Positions 13,298 through 25,216 are shown, counted from the first letter of the whole stretch. The stretch: DNA of 63,465 nt, filler included, from Pirum gemmata (GCA_002812295.1; 16 parts of 16 records of this genome joined end to end with filler, not necessarily neighbours in it), one strand, 5' to 3'. The notes: a model not told the origin generated them from the sequence alone. Numbers and translations: made by a program.

Positions 13298-14164
13298 TGC
13301 ATTTTAAACTTCACAATCAGGTTCAACCTGATATTAGTAGTAGTAATAGCAATAGGAATAATACCAACAGTAATATCGAAACTAACAATAATACCAATAA
13401 TAATAATACCAATAATATTGTTAATAATAATGATAATATCAGTAATACAAACACAAATCTTAATAATAATAATGTTGATTTTAATAACAGTAATAATAAT
13501 AGTAAAGGTATAATTAACAATAATAATAATAGTATTGAAGTTAGTATTATCAATAATAACAGTTTTAGCAATATCAATATTGATACTAATGTTAATACAG
13601 TTGACAATAATAACAGCAATCAATTTAATCATATTGAAAGTAAAAACAAAATTAAAAACAATAGTGACAGTACTAGTAATATTGCAATAAACGTCCTCAT
13701 CAAAAGTAGTGATAATAATGAACAATCACGTACTGAATGCTGTAATAATAATAATAACAACAACAACGGACATTTCCCTAACGATAATAGCAATGCTGAT
13801 ATAAAAGCGTTTATAGATAGCATCAATACCAACAATAAAACCGCGACAACTTATAGTAATAGTAATAATAATAGTACGAGTAATAGTACTAATAATAGTA
13901 ATAGTAATAGTAATAGTAATAGTAATAGTAATAGTAATAGTAATAGTCATACTCATAGTCATAGTCTTAGTAATAGTAATAACAGTAATGGTAAGTGTAT
14001 CCTTTGTTATCAGAGTACAACAAGCTTGAAAAGCGACCATATTGAATTGCATGATATCGATTGTAAAGAAGTAGAAAGAACATTTGTGCAAACTTTAAAT
14101 TCTAATTCCAAAATGGCTTTTGAAAAGTTTTGTGCTACTTTTACACCTCAAGGAGCCTCAGCAG
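13297..14164 (+). CDS. First exon of an Asn-rich protein with a possible Cys/His zinc-binding motif; the rest is lost at the contig end
   Basis: Long open frame. After the N-rich region comes complex sequence GKCILCYQSTTSLKSDHIELHDIDCKEVERTFVQ..., then a likely donor GCAG|GTTATT. Confidence 0.55.
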
Positions 14165-14604
14165 GTTATTTTTATTATTACTACTACTGCTACTTTTATT
14201 ATTTATCATTATCATCATTATCATTATCATTATCATTATNNNNNNNNNNNNNNNNNNNNNNNNNNNNNNNNNNNNNNNNNNNNTTAATTAATTAANNNNN
14301 NNNNNNNNNNNNNNNNNNNNNNNNNNNNNNNNNNNNNNNTTTTTTTTTTTTTTTTACAAACCACATCATTTAGCATCATTCTGCGGCAGTCTGGGGCATC
14401 ATTATCTATCATTATTATTATTATCTTTTTAAAATAAAGTTCCTTTATTTGGAGCAAACAAAATTATTACCTTACTGGTAATTTTTTGTGGGTATCAGGT
14501 CATTAGACTGATTATATAGACTATATAGGCCATTAGGCCTTTACGGCTCTGTCGGGGGGTGTCTGCCCTGCTTGGGGCAGGCAGGGTAGATGGATTAGGA
14601 TTGT

Positions 14605-14950
14605 AAGGTTAGGGTTAGGATTAGGGTCTGGGGTTACGGTCTGGGGTTACGGTCTGGGGTTAGGGTTAAGAGTTGGTTAAGGTTAAGGTTAGGGTTAGGG
14701 TTAAGGTTAGCGTTAAGGTTAAGGTTAGGGTTATAATTATGGTTAGAGTTATGGTTAGGGTTAGGGTTAGGATTAGGATTAGGGTTATAATTATGGTTAG
14801 AGTTATGGTTAGGGTTACGGTTAGTGTTAGTGTAATTATGGTTAGAGTTATGGTTAGGGTTACGGTTAGTGTTAGTGTTAGTGTTAGGGGGTTTAGCAAG
14901 TTAGAGTTAGGTTTAGGTCTAGTACTTGTAGAGTTTTAGCGTTAGGGTTA
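14605..14950 (+). repeat. Interstitial telomere-like repeat (TTAGGG/TTAAGG/TTATGG variants)
   Basis: Degenerate hexamer array. Confidence 0.9.
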
Positions 14951-15699
14951 ACTAAACGGTCTAGAGACTAAACGGTTCTTAAAATTATATTATATAATTA
15001 GTCTCCCTCCCAAGTTCCCAAGTTCCCACTCTAGCCACGATAGCTAGTTCCCCTTGAAGTTTAGGCTTAGGCATGATAACTACATGGTAGGGGTTAGGGT
15101 TAGGGTCACGGTTAGGGTTACGGTTACGGCTAGAGTTGGGGTTTAGGGTTAACTAAATGGTATAGAGATTATAAATAGACCAAGTTACAATACTATGTGA
15201 TATATGTAATATTATATATATTATAAATGTTATATCAAGGAGCGTTACACATTGGTGTAGCACGAACAATACCGCGTTTACAAGCTAAACTTTGTGGAGG
15301 ACATACGTAATTATATATATATTATTATATACATTAGTTGTTTAAAATTATTATATACATTCGTTGTTTAAAATTATTATATACATTCGTTGTTTAAAAT
15401 TATTATATACATTCGTTGTTTAAAATTATTATTATACATTCGTTGTTTAAAATTATTTACATTAAAAATTACTCGTTGTCTTTGTCACTAATTTCAAAGC
15501 AAGGTTTTTCAAATAAAATGATAAAGTGTATTTTCGAAAAAGTAAAATAACTTTTTAGAAAATAAATCAAATAAATCAAATAAATCAAATAAATAAATAA
15601 AGTAAATAAAATAAACATGATAATATTAATATTATGATAAATAATAAAAAAATTAGTCTCCCATCCCAACTTCCCAGCTCACTCCCGGCTCCCACTTTT

Positions 15700-16205
15700 T
15701 TTAAAAGCCACTTATGGTGCAAAAAATCTAAAAATGCCCTACTTTTTTTTACTAATTAAAGCCTCACCTTTTTTTTTTATGTTTGAAAATTTCAAATCTA
15801 TTAAATACTAATGCATTTATTATGTTCGAAAACTGAAAATTCTAATGAAATCCAAAAGTTGGACGTTTTTCAATCGTTTGTACCATAGGAGGGCCAAATT
15901 AGGGTCCATTGAAAACCCCCAAAAAAGTTCCCAACATCATAAGGGCTAGTCATCGGCCAGAAGTGTCATTTTTGGTAAACTAAATTTTGAGTAATGAGAG
16001 TATCATTATTTATATGGTGCAAATAAATTTTAAAAAAACGTCCATCTTTTGGGGTTTCACTAGTTTCACAAGAATTTTTAGCTTTCGAACATAAGTAATG
16101 TAAGTAATAGATTTTAAATTTTCAAATTTTCGAATAAAAAGGGCTTGGACTTTTTAGTAAAAAAAGCAGGACGTTTTTAGATTGTTTGCATCATACCCTT
16201 TTTAA
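15700..16205. mobile_element. Foldback element with long imperfect inverted arms and TTAA at both ends
   Basis: TATGGTGCAAAAAATCTAAAAATGCCCT...TATGTTCGAAAACT...GGACGTTTT on the left is mirrored by AAAACGTCC...AGCTTTCGAACATA...AGGACGTTTTTAGATTGTTTGCATCATA on the right. Confidence 0.65.
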
Positions 16206-16701
16206 AAAAATAATTTGACAATAATTTTGTTTGCTTCAAATAAAGTAATTTTGTAAAAAAAAAAAAAAATGATTGGCTATAACTGTCAATAACTGATACG
16301 GTAATTTGACAATAATTTTGTTTGCTTCAAATAAAGTAATTTTGTAAAAAAAAAAAAAATGATTGGCTATAACTATTAGACTTCTCCGAATTCTGCCCGG
16401 GCAGAATTTGGCCTTTTTCTAGAAATGACAAAATGGTGTTTTTCCTCTTTAACTCGATCAAAAATTAATTTTTTGAAAAAAAAAAAANNNNNNNNNNNNN
16501 NNNNNNNNNNNNNNNNNNNNNNNNNNNNNNNNNNNNNNNNNNNNCTAACCCTAACCCTATTCAAGTTGAATGATGCATTAAGCTGTTTAAATCACTAAGT
16601 TAAGTCACTTAACAGAATGGTCCCGATCAGGCCTAGTGATTGGTCCCGCTCGGGCCGAATTCTTCGGCGAGTTATCAAATTTAATATTATTATTCCCGAA
16701 A

Positions 16702-16738
<37 letters not shown>

Positions 16739-16995
16739 CTTATTATTTATTATTCCCGAAAATTATTATTAAAATATCAATATTATTATTATTATTATTA
16801 TATTATTATTAGTATTAGTATTATATAAGTATTGCTATTACTTTTACTATTACTAAGATATATTATATACATTAATTAATATTACTTTTATATCACTTTT
16901 GATATTACTATATATTAATTACTATTACTATTACTATTATTATTATATTATTATTATTATATATATGATATCTATTACTTTCATTACATTAACTA

Positions 16996-17026
<31 letters not shown>

Positions 17027-17299
17027 TATATTATTAGTATTAATATTGCTATTATTATTGTATTTCTTTTTATTCTTTTTATTATTAGTCTACATAATAA
17101 TATTATTATTTTATTAGTCTATCTATTTTTTCATGTCAAAAAATATTATAACCACCCAATAACTATCCAGAGTGACAAAATAAATGAGAAGAACACAGGA
17201 GTACCAGCCCACTACCAGGGGTTGTTCTCTCAATCTGGTTTTAATTGTTTATATCACAAAATACTTTTTTTTAAAAGTATAAAATAGTAAATTTTAATT

Positions 17300-17475
17300 A
17301 AGGGTTAGGGTAAGGGTAAGGGTTAGGGTTAGGGTTAGGGTAAGGGTAAGGGCAAGTGTTAGGGTTAGGGTAAGGGTTAGGGTTAGGGTTAGGGTTAGGG
17401 TTAGGGTTAGGGTTAGGGTTAGGGTTAGGGTCAGGGTTAGGGTTAGGGTTAGGGTTAGGGTTAGGGTTAGGGTTA
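17300..17475 (+). repeat. Interstitial (TTAGGG)n array
   Basis: Nearly pure TTAGGG/TAAGGG repeats. Confidence 0.95.
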
Positions 17476-17601
17476 TGATAGTTTAGACATATTAATAATA
17501 ATAATTTGGTTTAGTTTATGAACTGAACACTATTGAAAAACCATCTATAGACTAGACTAGCTATAGTTAACTCAAATAGTTAACTACTAGTGTTAACTAC
17601 G

Positions 17602-17987
17602 TTTTTCATTTATTTTATCACTCCGAATATTTATTTGGAGGGTTATAATCTTTAAATTGACATTTTTAAATCAATAAATACATAATAAAATATACCAAAT
17701 TAAATTAAATGGATTTATATTATATTAATTGGGTACTATTTGTTGTATACTTTTTAATGACAAAACTACTGAAAAGCATTAAACACTGATAGATTATTAT
17801 AAAAATTAATATTTTCATTTATTTTGTCACGCCGAATATTTATTTGGTTGCTTATAATATTTAAATTGATACTTCTAAATAAATAAATATATAATAAAAT
17901 ATACCAAATTAAATGAAATGGATTCATATTGTCTTAATTTGGTACTCTTTATTGTATGACAAAATAACTGAAAAGCAAAGCACGATA
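17602..17987. mobile_element. Two tandem TA-flanked MITE copies (~17602-17780, ~17812-17987)
   Basis: Both carry the family core and the TGAAAAGCA end. Confidence 0.75.
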
Positions 17988-18043
17988 ATATAATATTATA
18001 ATAATATCATGAGTCTTTTAAGTCGACATACATCCTTTTTTAC

Positions 18044-18170
18044 TACGTAAAGCCAATTTCCGGTCAAAAACAACCTCAAATACCCCCTACCTACCTACCC
18101 CTCGACGTTAATTTCCGGTCAAATACCACCTACCTACCTACCCCTTGACGTGACGTATTATTTGAACGCT
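18044..18170 (-). mobile_element. Harbinger-like MITE end with subterminal (CCTA)n and duplicated AATTTCCGGTCAAA
   Basis: Near-identical copies at ~22985-23110 and ~48983-49105 (reverse). Confidence 0.65.
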
Positions 18171-18542
18171 GTTTTTTTAGACTTATTTTCTAAAACCTGG
18201 TCTTTTAATTTTAAAAAAAATTAATGCTAACTAGCCAAATTATTTTTAAAAACATGGCTATTGGTTCATAATAGAGTTTTCTACATTAGACAATTTCTCA
18301 AATATTGGTAGTATTTTCATTAAAATTGGAGCTTTTTGTGGTTGAACTCATATGGCTGTTAGTGGTTTTTATCTCTAACTAAGATATTATTATGATAGCT
18401 CTTTCTATAATAAAGAAATAATATCGATAGGTCTAAACTGAAAAAAATAATAATATGGTTATAGACTAATAAATAATCTAATATAAATAATCTAGTAGTA
18501 TATAAATAATAAAACTGTATGATATATCATCAATAATAATTA

Positions 18543-18732
18543 TATCGTCCTCTTTTCAGATGTTTTGTCATCATAAAAATAAACAATAACGAGTACCAAA
18601 ATAATGCTATATAAATCCATTTTATTTAATTTGGTATACTTTATAATATAATTATTAATTTAAAAATATCAAATTAAATATTACAACCAACCAAATAAAT
18701 ATTCAGAGTGACAATAAATGAAAAGCACAATA
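18543..18732. mobile_element. TA-flanked MITE copy
   Basis: TATCGTCCTCTTTTCAG ... GAAAAGCACAATA with the family core. Confidence 0.8.
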
Positions 18733-18762
18733 TTGATGTGTGTTCGCTAGCAAGGGTTAGAG

Positions 18763-19000
18763 AGTAGTGGTGAGATATCTACTGGAACTTTTTTCGAACA
18801 GATGCTTATCGAGGCAACCTTAGTTCCGTGTTCCTTACTAATAATAACAGTTAAATAGCTTAAAATAGTAAATTTAATTATAGTAGGTACCAATTTAAGT
18901 AATTATATTAACATTAATAGTAATAAAACCATAAAAATCGGAAAGTTCCGGCAGCTGTTCGGTAATATGTATATTAAAATGGCGTCATCTCACCCCTACT
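18763..19000. mobile_element. MITE family B (TIR AGTAGGGGTGAGAT, 8-bp TSD)
   Basis: TIRs; flanks GGTTAGAG / GGTTAGGG match at 7 of 8 positions. Confidence 0.85.
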
Positions 19001-19869
19001 GGTTAGGGTCTAGCAACTGGGTCTAGCAAGGGGTTAGGGTAAAACAGCATCGACGAATAAAAACAAAAAGTCTTGTATAATATCTTTATTTAGAATTTTC
19101 TCTCCCTTTTTGGATACGATTTAGTTAAAAAAAAAAACCCCCCTATCAATCACATTAGCTATCACATCATTATTTTAAAAAAATATTTATAATCAGTAAA
19201 ATTACCACCACATATAGAAAAAAATATTTCTTTATTTGCAAAAAAAAACATTGTCATCATCAAATAGGACTGTTACTGTGCTTTTCATTTATTTTGTTAC
19301 TCCGAATATTTATTTGGTTGGTTATAATATTTAAGTCGACATCTTTTTAAAAAAAAATGAATAAATAGATAATGGGTTTATATTATAATATTATTATAAC
19401 AAGGTCTGTTCTGAGTCCACAGACTCCAAAAGGCTGCCAGCCTCTACTACTACTAGACTACCAGCCCTGTGCTCGAATGTGTGTGTGACTTGAAAATGAA
19501 CTTTTTTTTTAAAAAAAAATTTAATTATGACCAAAAGTGTTTTGGTCAATTTTAAACTTTAATAGTAAGTTGTTTACCTTAATAGCGTAGTTTTGGAGGT
19601 TTTTCTCTGACTGTGACCAAAATCGAAATTTGTGCCAAATTTCACTCAAATAAAATCACCCAAATATAGGTTTTAGTTACCAAAAAGAGTAAGTATTTTA
19701 CTTAATATGGTACATTTAATTTACCAAATATAGTCATATTATTATTATTATNNNNNNNNNNNNNNNNNNNNNNNNNNNNNNNNNNNNNNNNNNNNTTAAT
19801 TAATTAANNNNNNNNNNNNNNNNNNNNNNNNNNNNNNNNNNNNNNNNNNNNTATTATTATTATTCTTAT

Positions 19870-20022
19870 TTTAAGTGTTTAATTAACTTGTTTATAAAAT
19901 ACAACATTTTAAATATAAAATACCAAATAAAATTAAAACATGTCTGATAGTTTAACCATAATAATAATTTGGTACGTTTATTTCAGGTTTTGAACTTGGA
20001 CAACACTATTGAAAAAACACGC
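19870..20022. repeat. Dispersed ~150 bp repeat (probable MITE)
   Basis: AAAACATGTCTGATAGTTTAACCATAATAATAATTT...GGACAACACTATTGAAAAA recurs in reverse at ~30075-30220 and ~41615-41770, and partially at ~17490-17545. Confidence 0.7.
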
Positions 20023-20389
20023 TCTAGGCTACATCTTGCACTTCCATCATTATTAAACTAGGTCTTGTTTTTGTCTCGTACTAAAGTCTACTAATATAAT
20101 TTCGAAGTTTTTTTTTTTTAATTTTTTGTTTATGTATGATATGAATCATATGATATTAAAAAAAAAAATCTGGTCAACTATCAAATAATGCATTAAATTT
20201 TATCATAATGTGTAGAGTCTGTATTCTATTCGTATCACATGTACAGTAACTGTTGTATTATTAAAATATAATTATAGGTGGCCAGACTTATAATATTATG
20301 TATATAGTAGTATCAATTTGTATTATTAATATCATAATATCAATATAATTATAGAGGGTTAGGGTATTAATAGTATAGTGTAGTATTAG

Positions 20390-20650
20390 AGTTAGGGTTA
20401 GGGTTAGGGTTAAGGTTAAGGTTAAGGTTTTAAGGTTAAGGTCAAGGTTAGGGTTATGGTTAAGGTTAGGGTTAAGGTTAAAGTTAGGGTTAGGGTTAGG
20501 GTTAGGGTTAGGGTTTGGGTTAAGGTTTGGGTTAAGGTTTAGGGTTAGGGTTAGGGTTTGGGTTAAGGTTTGGGTTAAGGTTAGGGTTAAGGTGAATTAA
20601 GGTTAAGATTAGGGTTAGGGTTAGGGTTAAGGTTAGGGTTAGGGTTAGAG
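20390..20650 (+). repeat. Interstitial TTAGGG/TTAAGG array
   Basis: Hexamer array. Confidence 0.9.
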
Positions 20651-21175
20651 TTATATAGGGGAAACGTGAAAACTTCAAAGCCTACTTTTTATACTAATCT
20701 ATATGATATAAATTTAAACTTATAAAGGATCAAATTTCAGAAACTATTAACTGAAACGCAGCTTGAAACGTTAACGCCAGCATGGACTATCATACAGATT
20801 TATACTATGGTCATAAGACTCATTTTATAAACTAAACGGCCCTGACCACTGACCAGTGACCTTTATTTTTTAGCATACAACAGCAGCTCAACAGCTATAA
20901 TATAACAAAAATCAGAACTAGTCTACACTAGTAGTAGGTTTATGAATGGGTATCACAGTCACTGTCTGCCTACGTCTGCCTGCACAGTCTGCATTCTTGG
21001 GGTCTTTGGCCTAGACTAAGGCCCAGGGTCTTTTGGCCAGTACTAGCTAGAGTAGTCTTACTAGTAGCTAGTCTAGCTAGTTACTCCTAGTCTTTGGCAT
21101 AACAAAAAGATCTAGACAAAAAGATAAACAGAAGATATTAGTACTATATTAGTACAGCTTTTAGCAGCTTTTTAC

Positions 21176-21405
21176 AGTAGGGGTGAGATATCTACTGGAA
21201 CTATTTTCGAACAGATGCTTATCGAGCCGAGCTTAGTTCCGTGTTCTTTAATAATAACAGCAGTTAAATAGCTTAAAATAGTAAATTTAATTATAATAGT
21301 TATCAAGTAAAGTAATAATATTTATATTAATAGTAATAAAAACCATATAATCGGAAAAGTTCCGGCAGCTCGGTAATAATAAAATGACGTTATCTCACCC
21401 CTACT
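21176..21405. mobile_element. MITE family B with perfect 8-bp TSD CTTTTTAC
   Basis: CTTTTTAC|AGTAGGGGTGAGATA ... TATCTCACCCCTACT|CTTTTTAC. Confidence 0.92.
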
Positions 21406-21502
21406 CTTTTTACGCAGCCTTTTAGTGATTCTTTTAGTACCCAATTTGGAAATATTTAGAAATACCTTTCACACTCCTTTACACTCCTTTCACACTCCTT
21501 TC

Positions 21503-21737
21503 AGGAGGGATGAGATGACGTCATCTTACTAATTGGATGCTCGGACCGGCGAACTTCCAGAAATTTGCCTAAAGTTACTATAAATAGTATAATAAACTCT
21601 TTTTAAAGTAACTACTTAAATAAGTAGCTACTAAATAAATAACTACAAATACTAAATATGGTAAGGCGAAACAGGCGAACATCATTTACTTTGTGCCTCG
21701 GTCAAAAAAGTTCGCCATAAGAGTTCTCACCCCTCCT
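21503..21737. mobile_element. MITE family A copy
   Basis: Reverse complement of 3230-3464 with few differences; no clear TSD. Confidence 0.85.
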
Positions 21738-21904
21738 ACTCGTGCTAATAGTGAAGGTGCTGGAGTGAAGGTGTGAAATAATGAGTTTTATGACCATACG
21801 TAGCAGCCATACGTTGGGTAGTATACCGTTTTGTAGTACCGGTATAGTAGTATGATATATTAGGATATATTAGGATATATTAGTACCGGTATATTAGTCT
21901 ATGT

Positions 21905-22122
21905 AGTAAGGGTGAGATGACGTCATTTTATTATTACCGAACAGCCGATTTTTATGGTTTTATTACTATTAATGTTAATATATTGCTTTAATTGGTATCT
22001 ACTATAATTAGATTTACTATTTTAAGCTATTTAAATGCTATTATTAGTAAGAAACACGGAACTAACGTTGGCTCGATAAGCATCTGTTCGAAAGAAGTTT
22101 CAGTAGATATCTCACCCCTACT
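21905..22122. mobile_element. MITE family B (reverse) with perfect 8-bp TSD GTCTATGT
   Basis: GTCTATGT|AGTAAGGGTGAGAT ... ATCTCACCCCTACT|GTCTATGT. Confidence 0.92.
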
Positions 22123-22984
22123 GTCTATGTCTTGTCGTATAAGAGGCTGCTGCATGCAGCATACTCTAGGCAGCATACTATACATATTACAAGGCTACTT
22201 AGACTAGAGCTAGCCACTAATAGACTATGCTATAGTGATATAGCCATTATGTGTGTATGTAGATTCTAGCTAGACCAGGCCCTATACGTGAAAACAGAGG
22301 GAAAACAGCTGGCTGTGAAAAACTCTATCAGCTACTATATGTAGAATTATGTAGGCATGGATATGATGGAATAGTATGGAATAGTCTCATGGAATACTAA
22401 CGGAAACTGACAAAACAATGTCGAAACAAAAACATTTTTCGAATTCAAACACCCTTTCTATGATATGCATAACTTTATGCATATGCTATGATATCAATCA
22501 TTTCAAAGACTATACTCATATTTCATATTCATACATATGAGTTTCATAATGATGTAGTCTAATAAAACACTTTGCTTTTCGTCTCTTTTTTGTACTCTTT
22601 TTACAACATGATTTAAATATTTTTTAAAAAATTTATTAGTATGATTTAAAACTATGGTTTATATAAATCCGATAAAATAATATTCTATTTTTGAGCCAAC
22701 GAATAAAATCGCCTCTGAGGATAAAATCGCTTGTGATTGGACAATTTTACTTAACTATCTGCCAATATTTTTTTAAAATATGGGAGGGTTAGACTACCCT
22801 AACCTTAATCCTAATCCTAACCCTAACCTTGACCCTAAATCTAACCCTAAACCCCTGACAATAAAGGTCAGAAGGTTTGTTCCTAATTTTTATTTCTCGA
22901 TTACTATATAATTGATACATTTAGGTTCCTAATATGGTTAAAATACGTCAGAAAATGACCTAATTTAGCTAACTCTTCAAATAC

Positions 22985-23110
22985 TACATAACGAACGCCA
23001 ATTTCCGGTCAAATACAGCTTCAAATACCCTTACCTACCTACCCCTCGACGTTAATTTCCGGTCAAATACCACCTACCGACCTACCCCTTGACGTGATTT
23101 GAACGCTCCC
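22985..23110 (-). mobile_element. Harbinger-like MITE end
   Basis: Matches 18044-18170; ends TTGAACGCTCCC. Confidence 0.65.
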
Positions 23111-23124
23111 CAACTGGACATAAG

Positions 23125-23312
23125 TATAGCGCTTTTCATTTATTTTGTCACTCCGAATACTTATTGGGTTGGTTATAATTTTTTAATAGACATTGTTAAA
23201 TGAAGAAATGGATAATAAAATATACCAAATTAAGTAAAAATGGATTTAAATTGTATTAATTTGGTACTCTTTATTGTATATTTTATGATGACAAAACAAC
23301 TGAAAACCACGA
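23125..23312. mobile_element. TA-flanked MITE copy
   Basis: TATAGCGCTTTTCA ... CTGAAAACCACGA at the contig end. Confidence 0.8.
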
Positions 23313-23704
23313 NNNNNNNNNNNNNNNNNNNNNNNNNNNNNNNNNNNNNNNNNNNNTTAATTAATTAANNNNNNNNNNNNNNNNNNNNNNNNNNNNNNNN
23401 NNNNNNNNNNNNTAATAATAATAATAATAATAATAATAAAAGTAAAAATAAATAATAATAATGATAATGCTAATAACAATAGTAATGATGAAAAACTGAT
23501 ATATAAAATAGAATATTAATTCACGTTTTTCAAAAAATATTAAAAATAAAATAAAATCAAAATAAATAAAATAAAAAATTAAAACTTTTAATAATATCTG
23601 TGATAAATAAAAGTTATCAATATTACTAAAAACAAGAAACAGCAAACAACAACCAATAACCAATAACCAACAAACAAGTAACAAACAACAAGTGACAACT
23701 AAGT

Positions 23705-25216
23705 ATGTTGTCTAAGAATAACAATCCATTTTTAATGATAATCAATATATTGTTTGCTTTTTCATTTTATAGTAGTGCTATAAATTTTAATGGGGCAGAC
23801 GCCATCAGTGAAGAAAAAGTGTGCGAGACTTACAAATACAATTTTGATATATTTGATAGCAAAATCATTAAAGATAATGTTGAATTTACCCCGGCTATCC
23901 AATCTTTATTCAAAGGCGAAGCCACTTTTTCGTTAACTAACAAGGGAATGCGTGTCGGGTTTCCTTTTTTAGAACAAGTATGTAGTGATGATGATATCAA
24001 TAGCTTTAAATCAAAATGTAGTCCGAAAGAATGTGGCAGAGCTGTTGATGAAAATGGCATAGAGCAACTGGGAAAATATTTTTTGCGTGCAACTTCCACA
24101 TCATCTTTGTTAATATCATATCCTGAATTGACTAAGGTGAATAAAGCCCAAGGGAATCTTTATAATATTGGTGATAATCAAGAAGTTCAATGGATAGTAA
24201 CAGCCCGCAACATTAAAAACAATACTATTGCCGTTTTAAGATCTCCGAAAATGAGCAGCGAGTCTTGTAAACTAGAGACACGTAGTTGGTTTTGGAATTT
24301 TGAAAGTTCTACTGAGTTTATTCACACAATCGAGATAAGCTTTACTGGTAATGATAACACTACGGATATTGGATTATCGTTTGATAATTTTGAATATAAA
24401 AGCTGTAGCCGCAAAGGTAAAGCTCAAGGTGCAATAATTGATCATCATGAAAACAAAACTCTTCCCGAAGAAGTAGAAAACACCGCCTCTACAATAATCA
24501 AAACATCAACAACAAAATTTAATGTACAAATAGTAACATCAACACCAACACCAACACCAACACCAACACCAACACCAACACCAACACCAACACCAACACC
24601 AACACCAACACCAACGCAAATATCAACACCAACACCAACACCAGTACCAACACCAGTACCAACCCCAGGGATGGAGGTACATGAATCAACAGTACCAGCA
24701 GATTCCCCATCCCATTCTTTCAAGAACATTAAACCTTTTACCAGTGTTCCAAAACATAAATGGGTGTGTGCTAGAAATGTTAACTACCAAGACACTGAAT
24801 CCACTACAGGATACTCAGACGAATACTGCCAAACAGATTACTGCCTAAGTAGCAAGGAATTTGGAGCGCCAGGTTGTTATTACAATGGTTATACCCGTAA
24901 AGAACAGAAACAGAACAAACAATGTGTTTGCAACAGTAAAGGAGCCACAGCAAAGCAAAAAGTAACTTCATCTTCTGTCAATACAGCTAATGGTGAGTCT
25001 TCTACTAGTCCACATACTACTACTGCCCTTATTGCCGCAAGTGTAGGAATTGCAGTAGTTGCTATTAATATAGCGATCATCGTGCGTGCTGTGCGGCAAT
25101 ACCGCAAAAAAGAGAATAATGAAAACGTCCCTAATTCCAGCTTAAGCGATATTGAAAAACAGGATAATAACCCTAGGTCACATGAAAGTAGCATGTTTTG
25201 TAACGTAGACCTCTGA
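23705..25216 (+). CDS. Type I membrane/surface protein: signal peptide, globular domain, (PT)n linker, Cys-rich module, TM helix, short tail
   Basis: 503-aa ORF with a hydrophobic N-terminus, a (PT)n tract, and TM ALIAASVGIAVVAINIAIIV followed by basic RAVRQYRKK. Confidence 0.85.
   Translation: MLSKNNNPFLMIINILFAFSFYSSAINFNGADAISEEKVCETYKYNFDIFDSKIIKDNVEFTPAIQSLFKGEATFSLTNKGMRVGFPFLEQVCSDDDINSFKSKCSPKECGRAVDENGIEQLGKYFLRATSTSSLLISYPELTKVNKAQGNLYNIGDNQEVQWIVTARNIKNNTIAVLRSPKMSSESCKLETRSWFWNFESSTEFIHTIEISFTGNDNTTDIGLSFDNFEYKSCSRKGKAQGAIIDHHENKTLPEEVENTASTIIKTSTTKFNVQIVTSTPTPTPTPTPTPTPTPTPTPTPTPTQISTPTPTPVPTPVPTPGMEVHESTVPADSPSHSFKNIKPFTSVPKHKWVCARNVNYQDTESTTGYSDEYCQTDYCLSSKEFGAPGCYYNGYTRKEQKQNKQCVCNSKGATAKQKVTSSSVNTANGESSTSPHTTTALIAASVGIAVVAINIAIIVRAVRQYRKKENNENVPNSSLSDIEKQDNNPRSHESSMFCNVDL

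Noticed and set aside
14666..14939. VR/LT dipeptide ORFs (also 41927-42426)
   Set aside because: Translations of telomere-like hexamer repeats.
15340..15460. ~26-bp tandem repeat as a CRISPR array
   Set aside because: No unique spacers; an ordinary minisatellite in a eukaryote.
17300..17475. True chromosome end
   Set aside because: Non-telomeric sequence on both sides, and similar tracts are everywhere.
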